Assembly: GCA_963790305.1 (NCBI GenBank)
Contig: CAWBOC010000005.1
Location: forward strand, 384,001 to 448,000
Origin: an uncultured Gemmatimonadaceae bacterium
Lineage (GTDB): Bacteria > Gemmatimonadota > Gemmatimonadetes > Gemmatimonadales > Gemmatimonadaceae
Direction of reading: 5' to 3'
DNA length: 64,000 nucleotides
Made by a program: the position numbers and the translations under genes
The notes under the pieces: model-generated
Databases searched by the model: none
What the model was told of the DNA's origin: nothing
The model's input: the letters and a program-made list of their open reading frames with translations, nothing else
In this document: positions 35,110-44,351 of the stretch, piece after piece
Layout: every line of letters begins with the position of its first letter
Position numbering within the stretch: the stretch's first letter is position 1

Positions 35110-37020
35110 CTAGCGTCGTGTCAACCGCCGGCGCTTTCCTACCTCGAGAACCAGGTTCTGCAGGTCGCTCGGCGACACGCCTGGGATGCGCGATGCCTGT
35201 GCCAAGGTCAGTGGCCGAATGGCCGCGAGCTTTTGGCGTGCTTCAAATGAGAGCGACAGCATGTCGTCGTACGCGAGATCCGAATCGAGAGCGAAATCAC
35301 CCATACGGCGTAGCCGGTCCGCCTGATCGCGCTCGCGCGCGAAGTATCCCTCGTACTTGATCTCGAGATCGGCGGTGATCGCGGCGTCGTCAGGCAGATC
35401 GCGTCCGACGCCGGCCGCATCGAGCAGCGTCCGCAGCGATAGATCCTGCCGCTTCGCGAGCTCTACCACCTTCACGGAGTGCTGAATGGGTGCACTGCCG
35501 GCTGCGATGAGCACATCGTTGACGACATCAGGGCGCACACTCGTTTGTTCGGCGAGGTCACGCAGACGCTCCTCGGCCGCCAGCCGCTGCTCCACGACGC
35601 ACGCCTCCTCGTCGGTGAGCATTCCGAGTGAAATGGCGGTGGGGGCCAGTCGCCGGAGCGCATTGTCCTGCCGCACGGTCAGCCGAAACTCGGAGCGCAA
35701 TGTGAAGAGTCGGTACGGCTCATCGACGCCTCGCGTCACCAGATCATCGACGAGCACGCCGATATACGACGACTGCCGGCCGAGGATGAGGGGCGGACGC
35801 TGGAGGGAAAAGAGTGCGGCGTTGATGCCGCCAACGACTCCCTGTCCCGCCGCTTCCTCATATCCGGTCGTGCCATTGATCTGTCCAGCGAAGAACAAGC
35901 CAGGCAGGACCTTTACCTGAAGCGAGGCGTCGAGCTGCGTCGGCGGATAGTAGTCGTACTCGATCGCATACCCGGCACGCGTCATCAGGACGTTCTCGAG
36001 TCCGGGAACTGCGCGAAGGAACTCGAGCTGTACCTCGGGAGGAAGCGAAGTCGACAGACCATTGACGTAGAGCTCGTGCGTGTCGTGCCCTTCGGGCTCG
36101 AGGAATATCTGGTGCCGCTCGACGTCGGGAAACTTCACGATCTTGTCTTCGACCGACGGGCAGTAGCGCGGTCCGCGCGCACCGATCGCGCCGCCATACA
36201 TCGCCGACCGCTCCAGGTTCTCGCGGATGATTCGCTTGACCTCGGATCCGGCATAGGTGATCCAGCAGGGCAGCTGGCGCGGGTGAAGCGCGCGTTCCTC
36301 ATTCGTCCAGAAATGCGACCAGCGAAAGTCGAAGTCCTCGAGCTCGCTTTCCTGGCGCTGAAGATTCGAGTAATCGACGGAACGACCGTCGATACGCGGA
36401 GGCGTGCCCGTCTTGAATCGCGAGACGGTGAGACCCAGGCGCTCGAGCTGCTCCGCCAGGTGGGTCGCGGGGGCATCTCCGGCGCGCCCGCCCGGGATGG
36501 CGGTGCCCGTGCCGATGTGAATGCGACCGCGCAGAAACGTCCCGGTCGTAATGACGATCGCCTTCGCCCCGAACCGCCGGCCTTCCAGTGTCTCGACGCC
36601 GATGATGCGTCCGTTGACCTCGTCAATGAGCAGCCGTGCTACCGTGCCCTGAATCGTCGCCAGGCGGTCGTGTGATTCGAGCAAGGATCGCGCGGCGCGC
36701 CGATACAAACTGCGATCGCATTGAGCTCGAGGTGCCCACACGGCGGGCCCCTTGCTCCGATTGAGCATGCGGAACTGGATCATGGCGAGATCAGTCGCGC
36801 GCCCCATGATACCGCCAAGCGCGTCGACTTCGCGCGCAACGGTGCCCTTTGCGACGCCGCCAATGGCAGGGTTGCACGACATCTGACCGATCGTCTCGAG
36901 CGCGCTCGTGATGAGGCCGACGCGAGCACCAACGCGTGCTGCCGCCACCGCCGCCTCGGTACCGGCATGGCCGCCGCCGACGACCAGCACATCCAGTTCC
37001 ATTTCGGGAGCTCGCGACAT
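35110..37020 (-). CDS. mnmG: tRNA uridine-5-carboxymethylaminomethyl(34) synthesis enzyme MnmG
   Basis: GGGHAG.EAA, MSCNPAIGG, RFKTGTPPR, GPRYCPSVEDK, GQINGTTGYEEA. Confidence 0.98.
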   Translation of the reverse strand: MSRAPEMELDVLVVGGGHAGTEAAVAAARVGARVGLITSALETIGQMSCNPAIGGVAKGTVAREVDALGGIMGRATDLAMIQFRMLNRSKGPAVWAPRAQCDRSLYRRAARSLLESHDRLATIQGTVARLLIDEVNGRIIGVETLEGRRFGAKAIVITTGTFLRGRIHIGTGTAIPGGRAGDAPATHLAEQLERLGLTVSRFKTGTPPRIDGRSVDYSNLQRQESELEDFDFRWSHFWTNEERALHPRQLPCWITYAGSEVKRIIRENLERSAMYGGAIGARGPRYCPSVEDKIVKFPDVERHQIFLEPEGHDTHELYVNGLSTSLPPEVQLEFLRAVPGLENVLMTRAGYAIEYDYYPPTQLDASLQVKVLPGLFFAGQINGTTGYEEAAGQGVVGGINAALFSLQRPPLILGRQSSYIGVLVDDLVTRGVDEPYRLFTLRSEFRLTVRQDNALRRLAPTAISLGMLTDEEACVVEQRLAAEERLRDLAEQTSVRPDVVNDVLIAAGSAPIQHSVKVVELAKRQDLSLRTLLDAAGVGRDLPDDAAITADLEIKYEGYFARERDQADRLRRMGDFALDSDLAYDDMLSLSFEARQKLAAIRPLTLAQASRIPGVSPSDLQNLVLEVGKRRRLTRR

Positions 37021-37127
37021 GGTGAGAAAATAGCTCATTGGGGCGCGGAATGCGGAATGCGCAGTTGCGGCCGTCGGGCTGCTCTGCTCACCATTCGCTT
37101 TCAGCCACAGACCGCGTTGGGGTCACG

Positions 37128-37418
37128 ATGCCACTGTCGATTCCGTTCGCCGTTCCGACCATCCTCATTCGCAAAAGCGCGTTCGAGCGCACAGGGCTCA
37201 CGCGTCAGGCCATTGATGAGCGTCTCAATCTCACGCCTGACGAGTTCCGCATCGAAGGAGATCTCATCGCGATCGGGCCGATACCTGGCGAGGAAGAGCT
37301 CACGACCTTTGTCGAAGAGCTGGAACGGGTAGGCCTCGTGTACTACGAGGATTTCTTCGACCTCAGCGGGAACTGGCCCGAATGGCTGAAGGTGTTCGTT
37401 CGGGCCGATAGCGCATAG
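37128..37418 (+). CDS. small acidic hypothetical protein
   Basis: Protein-like composition, fills gap; ends DFFDLSGNWPEWL. Confidence 0.7.
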   Translation: MPLSIPFAVPTILIRKSAFERTGLTRQAIDERLNLTPDEFRIEGDLIAIGPIPGEEELTTFVEELERVGLVYYEDFFDLSGNWPEWLKVFVRADSA

Positions 37419-37425
37419 CGCGCGC

Positions 37426-37698
37426 TTAGTGCCGACGGCTCACCGGTTCTGCAGATCGAGTCACGGGTGTGGCGGGGGTCACCGATCCATGGCGGTGCAG
37501 ACCTTCCCAGTTACAGCGCATGCACCAGCTCGTGCGAAACCACGGCATGAGCGTATTCCAGCCACGGGACTGAACGCGCAGCGTGACGTCGTCACAAATG
37601 GGACAACGATCGCCATCCGGAAGGATGAAGAGGAACACGATCGTGGCCACGACGATGCGCAGCACGAAGAACGCGACGAGAACAACGGCAAAGACCAC
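37426..37698 (-). CDS. small membrane protein with Zn-ribbon
   Basis: N-terminal TM; CPIC...CMRC. Confidence 0.65.
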   Translation of the reverse strand: MVFAVVLVAFFVLRIVVATIVFLFILPDGDRCPICDDVTLRVQSRGWNTLMPWFRTSWCMRCNWEGLHRHGSVTPATPVTRSAEPVSRRH

Positions 37699-37764
37699 GG
37701 CACCACACCCAGTATCAGACTGTAGGCCTTGCTCGAAGATCGAGCGCCGCGAGAACCGTACCGT

Positions 37765-38301
37765 TCAGGGAAGCTCGAGCTGACGCTCGATGGTGCTCCA
37801 CCGCTCGACCCACGCAATGCCGTCCTCTATCCGCTCGATCACGATCTCGGTGCCGATGTCAATGGGTTGTCCATCGAGACTGAGTGCGCGTGCGCGGTGC
37901 CAGGCTCCCTCGACCTGGTAGCTGATCTCGCCAGGGGTACCGTTGCCGATGAGCTGCGTCACCTTCCCAACGAATCCCTGGAAGACATATCGCTCGTCCT
38001 CGGTGTCGCGTCTGGCGGCCGGCACCGCCCAGCCGGCGATCATGGCGACGGCCAATCCCCATCCCGCGAGACCTGCCGCGAGGGCGATAGCCGAGATAGC
38101 CAGAGCACTGAGTGTCGTGTAGCGAGCGAGCGGGTAGCCCACCGCGCCCATGACCGTCACAAAGGCGCCGACGGTAGCGAGGTTGAACAACGACCGAGCG
38201 GTGCGCGGCGGGCTGTCCTTCTGAATGCCGATCAGCATCGCGATCACGCCGAGGACCAGCCCGACGAGAAACAGAACCGCATACGCGAACCGGAGCGTCA
38301 T
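37765..38301 (-). CDS. NfeD-like membrane protein
   Basis: Three TMs plus C-terminal OB-fold (G.V...I....GEI...ARA......I..G..IVI..I..G.A.VE). Confidence 0.8.
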   Translation of the reverse strand: MTLRFAYAVLFLVGLVLGVIAMLIGIQKDSPPRTARSLFNLATVGAFVTVMGAVGYPLARYTTLSALAISAIALAAGLAGWGLAVAMIAGWAVPAARRDTEDERYVFQGFVGKVTQLIGNGTPGEISYQVEGAWHRARALSLDGQPIDIGTEIVIERIEDGIAWVERWSTIERQLELP

Positions 38302-38310
38302 AATTCTCGA

Positions 38311-39204
38311 TCAGGCGCCTTCGAGATATCGCCGGAACCACGCGAGCGTCGCGGGCCATGCACGGCGCGTCGCCTCGAGATTCGCACCGGACGGCGCCTC
38401 TTGCTGCCGCAGGAAGCCATGTCCGGCGCCGGGAAAGATCTGCGCCTGATACGTCTTGCCCATCACCCTCATGGCGGAGTCGGTTGGCGCGATGGTGGCG
38501 TTGACCCGGGCGTCGTTTTCCCCGTAGAGGCCCAGAACCGGCGCCCGGACGGGCGTTAGGCGACCTGGTTCGGGAGCTGCGCCGTAGTAGGCGACTCCCG
38601 CCCCCAGCGTTGGCGAATGGACGGCGTGATTGAACACCACCGAGCCTCCCCAGCAGAAACCGACGATCCCATATCGCGACACCGCAGCGGGGAGGGCCAT
38701 TCCCCAACGAGCCGTCGCATCAATCCGCCTCTGTATCTGATCGGCATCGAGCCGGCGAATGAGTGCACGGGCGGAATCGACGGGAAGGCTATCGGGATGA
38801 AATACGCCGGTGTATCCGGTCAGGAAATCCGGAGCCACGGCAATGAAACCATCGGCCGCGAGCTGATCGGCGACGCCGCGAATCCAGGTGCTGAGACCGA
38901 AGATCTCGTGCACGACGATGACCACCGGCGCATTCGTGCGGCGCTCAGGGTAGACCACCCAGACGCGAACGCTGTCGTCATTGCCGACTCGGACCATGGC
39001 CCACTCTGCATGCCTGGTCGATGCGGCAAGACGCGTGGTGACATTGGTGGCCCCGGCTGGCAGCCCCGCCGCGGAAGGCTGAGGTGCTGGGGTTGATGCG
39101 ACTGCCTGCGCCGGGTGAGCGGCATGATCCTCGGCCGGCACGATCGATGAGCGCACACAACCCACGAGTGGCACCGCGAGTGTGATCAGGCGGAGAGCGC
39201 GCAT
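38311..39204 (-). CDS. dienelactone hydrolase family lipoprotein
   Basis: HEIFGL, GFCWGG, YYG, GAGHGF; lipobox LVG-C. Confidence 0.93.
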   Translation of the reverse strand: MRALRLITLAVPLVGCVRSSIVPAEDHAAHPAQAVASTPAPQPSAAGLPAGATNVTTRLAASTRHAEWAMVRVGNDDSVRVWVVYPERRTNAPVVIVVHEIFGLSTWIRGVADQLAADGFIAVAPDFLTGYTGVFHPDSLPVDSARALIRRLDADQIQRRIDATARWGMALPAAVSRYGIVGFCWGGSVVFNHAVHSPTLGAGVAYYGAAPEPGRLTPVRAPVLGLYGENDARVNATIAPTDSAMRVMGKTYQAQIFPGAGHGFLRQQEAPSGANLEATRRAWPATLAWFRRYLEGA

Positions 39205-39212
39205 TGAAAACC

Positions 39213-39992
39213 TCAGCGGATGACGAGATCGAAGCGCAGGGGATTGGGCACCTCGTACGTGAAGTGCCACCACTCCTTTTCGTAGTTCTTGAAGCCTTCA
39301 GCCTCCATGAGGAGCACGAGAAGCCGCCGGTTGGAAGCTGCCTCACCGGTTGCGTTCGCCGTATGAGAGGCGGAGGAAAACGTATCGAACGGCGTGCCCA
39401 TGTCGAGCTCCTGGCCATCGCCGCCGATGAGCGTCAGATCGACGGCGAGTCCCAGATTATGTTGGCTGCGAGTCGCGATGTACCCATCCCGAAGCAGCGC
39501 TTGCTGCCCAGTGCGCTGCGCCCATTCGACCATCGCGAGCGTTGCACGCACCGGGCGATACCCGTCGAACACTTTCAACGCCATTCCTTCGTTCCGCGCG
39601 CGCCTTTGGACGCGTGCGAGCGCGGCCGCCGCCTCACGGCGAAGGAGTGCGCGATGCGACTCGTAGCCCGGAAGGGGTGCGCCGGTGAAATTGTTTGCCG
39701 TCGCGTACTTGGCATCCACCATGAAGGTAGGCTCGACCAGACGGATATCGATGAGGTGAGTGCGAGCGGCAGAATCGCTCGCGACGTCGACCTGCGGAGT
39801 GTTCACCGCCGGAGTGGTGACCGGCGGAGTGGTGACCGGCGCGGGGTTCGCCGCCGGAGTCTTGCGCGGCGGATTGCTGACCGGCGGCGAGCTTACCGGC
39901 GGTATATCTGGCTCGTAGCCGGGAGGCGGCTGGACGCACGAGGTGGCGACCGCGAGCGCGACGCCGAGCGAAAGAATCTGGAAGGTTCTCAC
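39213..39992 (-). CDS. D-Ala-D-Ala dipeptidase (VanX/DdpX, M15) lipoprotein
   Basis: YATANNFTG, DGYRP, SQHNLGLAVD, DMGT.FD, EWWHF. Confidence 0.93.
   Translation of the reverse strand: MRTFQILSLGVALAVATSCVQPPPGYEPDIPPVSSPPVSNPPRKTPAANPAPVTTPPVTTPAVNTPQVDVASDSAARTHLIDIRLVEPTFMVDAKYATANNFTGAPLPGYESHRALLRREAAAALARVQRRARNEGMALKVFDGYRPVRATLAMVEWAQRTGQQALLRDGYIATRSQHNLGLAVDLTLIGGDGQELDMGTPFDTFSSASHTANATGEAASNRRLLVLLMEAEGFKNYEKEWWHFTYEVPNPLRFDLVIR
39796..39840. repeat. 15-bp tandem repeat (3 copies) coding a Pro/Thr linker
   Basis: GGAGTGTTCACCGCC GGAGTGGTGACCGGC GGAGTGGTGACCGGC. Confidence 0.8.
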
Positions 39993-40037
39993 GGGCAGAA
40001 AGGTATCGTGTGCACCGAAGTTGCGCACCGCGGCGTC

Positions 40038-40745
40038 ATGCCGGCTTCACCGCACCGACCACGCATATTCCTGATCTCCCCGGCGACCGCACATGGTCCT
40101 CGAGCGATGCTGCTTCGAAGGCCAGGCTCCGGCTCGGGACTGGCCCGGCGTCTTCGCGAGGAGGGTGTGCCGCTGGGAGACGTGTTCAGCTTCCTGAGTG
40201 GCCTCTACTTTCGAGGGAAGCTCGAGTACGCTCGCGCCTTCGCGCGAGCGCCCGACGTGCACGATGGAATTCACGTCATCACGATGACGGACGGGCTGGT
40301 CTCTCCCGACGCTCGAATCTTCGCCGGGGATCTGGAGCGCTATGCGCGGTGTGCCGATGGAACGGCCGCCGCGGTTGCCGTGCTCGAGCAGACGGCGGTG
40401 AGGTTGTCGGACCGCCTTGGCTCCGAGACGGAGGTCGTGCTCCTCGGCTCCGTGAGCACTGGCAAGTACACCGACCTGCTTGCGCCCATCTTCCGCGATC
40501 GTCTGCTCTTTCCGCGGGATGTGCTGCACATCGGACAGCTGGCCCGGGGTGCGCTCCTCCTTCGCCATGCCCGCGAGCGCCATGAGCTCGACTACATCCC
40601 GGTGAGCGAGATCGTTCGCACCGGCCGCCGCGTGTCGATCAAGGACACTTCGCGTCCGCCACCGGTTGAAGGTGCGATGACAGAAACTCCATCACGCGCC
40701 ACTCGGCCCAGTACAGAGGACGCCAGGGCAGACTCCCCGCAATGA
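40038..40745 (+). CDS. conserved-looking hypothetical protein
   Basis: IFLISPA, FSFLSGLYFRGKL.YA..F, VVLLGSV..GKY motifs look like a folded alpha/beta domain; family not identified. Confidence 0.7.
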   Translation: MPASPHRPRIFLISPATAHGPRAMLLRRPGSGSGLARRLREEGVPLGDVFSFLSGLYFRGKLEYARAFARAPDVHDGIHVITMTDGLVSPDARIFAGDLERYARCADGTAAAVAVLEQTAVRLSDRLGSETEVVLLGSVSTGKYTDLLAPIFRDRLLFPRDVLHIGQLARGALLLRHARERHELDYIPVSEIVRTGRRVSIKDTSRPPPVEGAMTETPSRATRPSTEDARADSPQ

Positions 40746-41643
40746 AGCCAACGTGACCGCCCCGTTCGGGAAATTCGCAGTGCAGCGCATCGTTTGATTG
40801 CGCGGCTGCGCGCACTTCGTCGAGCACCTCGGGCGGAAGGAAGGGATCGTCAACGGCACTCACGAGAAGCGTGGGCACGCGTATGCGGTCGAGCCAACCG
40901 AGCGAGCTGGACCGCGTGTAGTAGTCGGTGGCATCGCGAAACCCATGGACGGGCGCGGTGACGGCGTTGTCGAAGTCCCACATGGACCGCAGGGTACCGA
41001 GGTCGACTTCGGGAACGATATCCGGGAAGCGCTGTCGTTTTTCTGCGGCCTTCCGCACCAGCGAGCGAAGGAAATGGCGCTCATAGACACGCGCGAATCC
41101 GCGATTGATGTATCGCGACCCGCGCGCGAGGTCGTACGGCACCGAAACCGCGGCGGCGGCGCGCACCGCCGGCGGTACGTCAGAGCCGCGCTCACCCAGC
41201 CATTTGAGCAGGACGTTGCCGCCGAGTGAAAACCCGGCGAGGACGATCGGCGCGTCGGGAGCCTCACTCGTCAGGCGGCGTATGGCAAAATCGAGATCGG
41301 TGGTCTCGCCCGAGTGATAGAACCGCCGCGTCCGGTTCATCTCTCCGCCGCAGGTACGGAACACGAGCGCGGCGGCGGACCAGCCTCGTTCGTGTGCGCG
41401 TGCAAGCAAGCCACGCGCATAGTGGGAGTTGGGAGATCCCTCGAGCCCGTGCAGCAGAACCAGGAGCGGACACGCGGGTGGTCCCTGTACCCGGTGAATG
41501 ACGAGCACGTCATCGTCAGGGGTCGGCCACCGTTCGACAGTGGTAGAGACGCGAGGGCGCCGGCGAACGAACTTTCCCCAGAGGGTGCGAAGATGGCGTC
41601 CGGGAACGAACCAGGCCGGGCGGTATGGTAGGACCCTCGTCAT
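40639..41643 (-). CDS. YheT-family alpha/beta hydrolase
   Basis: HGLEGS, YHSGET.D, GFSLGGN, DDPF, GGHVGF. Confidence 0.93.
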   Translation of the reverse strand: MTRVLPYRPAWFVPGRHLRTLWGKFVRRRPRVSTTVERWPTPDDDVLVIHRVQGPPACPLLVLLHGLEGSPNSHYARGLLARAHERGWSAAALVFRTCGGEMNRTRRFYHSGETTDLDFAIRRLTSEAPDAPIVLAGFSLGGNVLLKWLGERGSDVPPAVRAAAAVSVPYDLARGSRYINRGFARVYERHFLRSLVRKAAEKRQRFPDIVPEVDLGTLRSMWDFDNAVTAPVHGFRDATDYYTRSSSLGWLDRIRVPTLLVSAVDDPFLPPEVLDEVRAAAQSNDALHCEFPERGGHVGFIAGSLPWRPLYWAEWRVMEFLSSHLQPVADAKCP

Positions 41644-41786
41644 GCGAGAATGATAACGCTCACCGGGACGCCATTTGACATGCGCGGCGTGCCTGCCGAG
41701 CTTTCAATTCCTCTCACAGTTCCACTGAGATGCCTGGGGGCGACCGTTCGGGCCGCCCCCTTTGGACGCCCGGGAGTCTCCTCGCA

Positions 41787-43343
41787 TTGTCCAGCTCCAA
41801 TCCTCGCTTTGACGTGATCGTGATCGGCAGCGGCTTCGGTGGCGCCATGGCGGCGCATGCACCGGTGCTGGCTGGCGCACGCGTTCTCATGCTCGAGCGT
41901 GGCGGCTGGGTAGAGCGTGGTCCGCACAACTGGGAGCCTCAGGGCGCGATGGAGCTCACGCCGTTCTACTCGAAGGAGACGCCGGTCCGCGTGCACCAGG
42001 GACGGAGGTCATCGACGATTGGGCTGTACAACTGCGTGGGTGGGCAATCGGTCTTCAGTGGCGCGGTGGCGCTTCGCTTCCGTGAGCACGATTTCATGCC
42101 TGACCCCGATGTCCTTGGGGCATCCGAGGCCCAGTGGCCGTTCGCCTATCAGGACCTCGAGCCGTACTACGCGCGTGCCGAGCGTTTGCTTGATGTGGCG
42201 GGCGAAAGCGGCGTCGATCCGACGGAGCCTCCGCGCACCGCGCCCTATCCACATGAGCCGGCCAGGCTCTCGGGGACCTCGGGCGTCATCGCGCAGGCGG
42301 CGCGCGACCTTGGCCTGCATCCCTTTCGCCTTCCGCTGGCGATCAACTACCAGAACGGCTCGGCGCGACACGCGTGCCACGCGTGTACGACGTGCGATGC
42401 CTTCGCCTGCGCCGTCGAAGCGAAGAATGACGTGGCGACGGCTATCATCCCCGCGCTCGTACGAGCAGGGATGGAGCTGCGGCCGCGCACCGTCGTGACG
42501 AGACTGGTGTTGGAGGGCGACCGCATCGCCGGCGTCGACTGCATCGATCGCGACAGTGGTCGTGCGTGGCGAGCGCACGGGAATGTCGTCGTGCTGGCAG
42601 CCGGCGTTCTCGCGACGCCGCACCTGCTCCTCTGCTCGGAGCTGGAGCGGGCGAATCCCGCTGGGCACGCCGTCGGTCGCTATCTCATGCGACATTGCAA
42701 TGGACTCGTGTACGGATTCTTCCGCTATCCGCCGAACCCCGCGCGCGAGTTTCACAAGCAGATCGGCATCCACGATTTTTACTTTGGTCATCGCGACATC
42801 TCCGCCCCGCGCGGGAAGCTCGGTTGCATTCAGCAGGTCATGGCGCCGCCGATCGGACTCATCCAGGCCCGGGTACCGGCGCTGCTGGGACGGGTGCTCT
42901 CCCTGGGCGTGGATCATGTGACCGGACTGCTGGCGATCGCCGAAGACACACCTCAGCTCACCAATGGCCTAACAGTTGACTGGACACAACGCGATGCGTA
43001 TGGGCTACCGCTTCCGGTCGTAAGGCACGACTACACGCCACGCGACCTGCTCGCGCGCCGAGCGCTGCTGCGACAAGCCAAGCGCGTGTTGCGGCGCGCT
43101 GGAGCCCGGCTCTTCTATGTGCACAGCATCGAGACCTTTTCGCACGCGGTAGGCACGGTGCGCATGGGCACCGATCCCGCAACGTCTCCGCTCGATGAGA
43201 TCGGCCGATATCGAGGCGTCCGGAATCTGTGGGTGACCGACGGTAGTGTGATGCCGACTTCTGCGGCAGTGAATCCCAGCCTCACGATCTCAGCGATCGC
43301 ATTACGGTCCGGCGAAGCCATCGTGCGCGAGCTCGCGGCGTGA
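41787..43343 (+). CDS. GMC-family FAD oxidoreductase
   Basis: DVIVIGSGFGG, LERG, VGG.S, C..C..C...AC, H.VGTVRMG, AVNPSLTI; start uncertain (41730-41787). Confidence 0.92.
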   Translation: MSSSNPRFDVIVIGSGFGGAMAAHAPVLAGARVLMLERGGWVERGPHNWEPQGAMELTPFYSKETPVRVHQGRRSSTIGLYNCVGGQSVFSGAVALRFREHDFMPDPDVLGASEAQWPFAYQDLEPYYARAERLLDVAGESGVDPTEPPRTAPYPHEPARLSGTSGVIAQAARDLGLHPFRLPLAINYQNGSARHACHACTTCDAFACAVEAKNDVATAIIPALVRAGMELRPRTVVTRLVLEGDRIAGVDCIDRDSGRAWRAHGNVVVLAAGVLATPHLLLCSELERANPAGHAVGRYLMRHCNGLVYGFFRYPPNPAREFHKQIGIHDFYFGHRDISAPRGKLGCIQQVMAPPIGLIQARVPALLGRVLSLGVDHVTGLLAIAEDTPQLTNGLTVDWTQRDAYGLPLPVVRHDYTPRDLLARRALLRQAKRVLRRAGARLFYVHSIETFSHAVGTVRMGTDPATSPLDEIGRYRGVRNLWVTDGSVMPTSAAVNPSLTISAIALRSGEAIVRELAA

Positions 43344-44347
43344 CCGGAAAGACCGACCCGCTCGGTATCGCCTTCCTGGGATGCGGCGCGGTGACACGCG
43401 CGCATACACGTACGCTGCGGGCGATCGATGCCAACGTGCGGCTGTACTATGCGAGCCGCGAGCTCACGAGAGCAACCGAGATGAGCTCGCAGTGCAACGG
43501 GGCAGGAGCCTTCGGTGCCTACGAGGCGGCGCTCGAAGAGCCAGCGGTTGACGCGGTGCTCATCGCGACGCCTCCGGCGTTCCACCTGGAGTGGACATTA
43601 CGTGCCCTGGCGGCGGGCAAGCACGTCATCGTCGAAAAGCCGCCGTTCCCCCAGGCGGCGGATTTCGCCGCGGTGGAGAGGGCCGCACGCGCCGCGTCTC
43701 GGCAAGTGATGGTGGCTGAGAACTACTTCTATAAACCGGTGCTGCGGGCGCTGCGCGCGATGGTGCGCGAGGGAACGATCGGTGAGCCACGGTTCCTCGA
43801 CATCAAGGCGCTCAAGACTCAGCGGACGCAGAACTGGCGCGATGATGCGGCCCTCGCCAAGGGTGGGGCGCTCTACGAGGGAGGGATTCACTGGATCGAC
43901 TTCCTCGCCAACGTCGGGCTCGACGTCGTTTCCGTGCACGGCTTCCGGCCCGGTGCAGGCGCCGGCCTGGACCGCGAGATGCTGGTCGTGGCTCGTTATG
44001 CACAAGGGGCGGTCGGCGTGTTGTTCTTCTCGTGGAACACGCCCTCGCTCTTCAAGGGTGTGCGCCTGTCGCGCATCTTCGGAACGGAGGGCTCGATCAC
44101 CTTCGAGTCGAACGGCCTGTTCGTCCTTGCTCTCGGCAAACGGCCACGACTGCGGTTTCCCGGAGTGCGTGACCTCACGGGTACCCGTGCCATGTTCCGC
44201 GACTTTCTGGGCGCCCTGCGCGACGGACGCGCCCCCGAGTTCACGCTCGCGCTCGCGCGCCGCGATCTCGAGCTGGTCGAGGCGGCGTACCGCACCGCTG
44301 ATCAGCACACCTCACGACCGTCTCTCACCAGTTCACAAGGATCCTGA
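43340..44347 (+). CDS. Gfo/Idh/MocA oxidoreductase
   Basis: LGCG, IATP...H, AGKHVIVEKP, GGAL...GIH.ID. Confidence 0.93.
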   Translation: MTGKTDPLGIAFLGCGAVTRAHTRTLRAIDANVRLYYASRELTRATEMSSQCNGAGAFGAYEAALEEPAVDAVLIATPPAFHLEWTLRALAAGKHVIVEKPPFPQAADFAAVERAARAASRQVMVAENYFYKPVLRALRAMVREGTIGEPRFLDIKALKTQRTQNWRDDAALAKGGALYEGGIHWIDFLANVGLDVVSVHGFRPGAGAGLDREMLVVARYAQGAVGVLFFSWNTPSLFKGVRLSRIFGTEGSITFESNGLFVLALGKRPRLRFPGVRDLTGTRAMFRDFLGALRDGRAPEFTLALARRDLELVEAAYRTADQHTSRPSLTSSQGS

Positions 44348-44351
44348 CCGG

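Noticed and set aside
39796..39840. Short repeats as a CRISPR-like array
   Set aside because: No spacers; in-frame Pro/Thr linker; no cas genes
39204..40037. N-terminal half of the 513-aa ORF
   Set aside because: Antisense to the D-Ala-D-Ala dipeptidase gene
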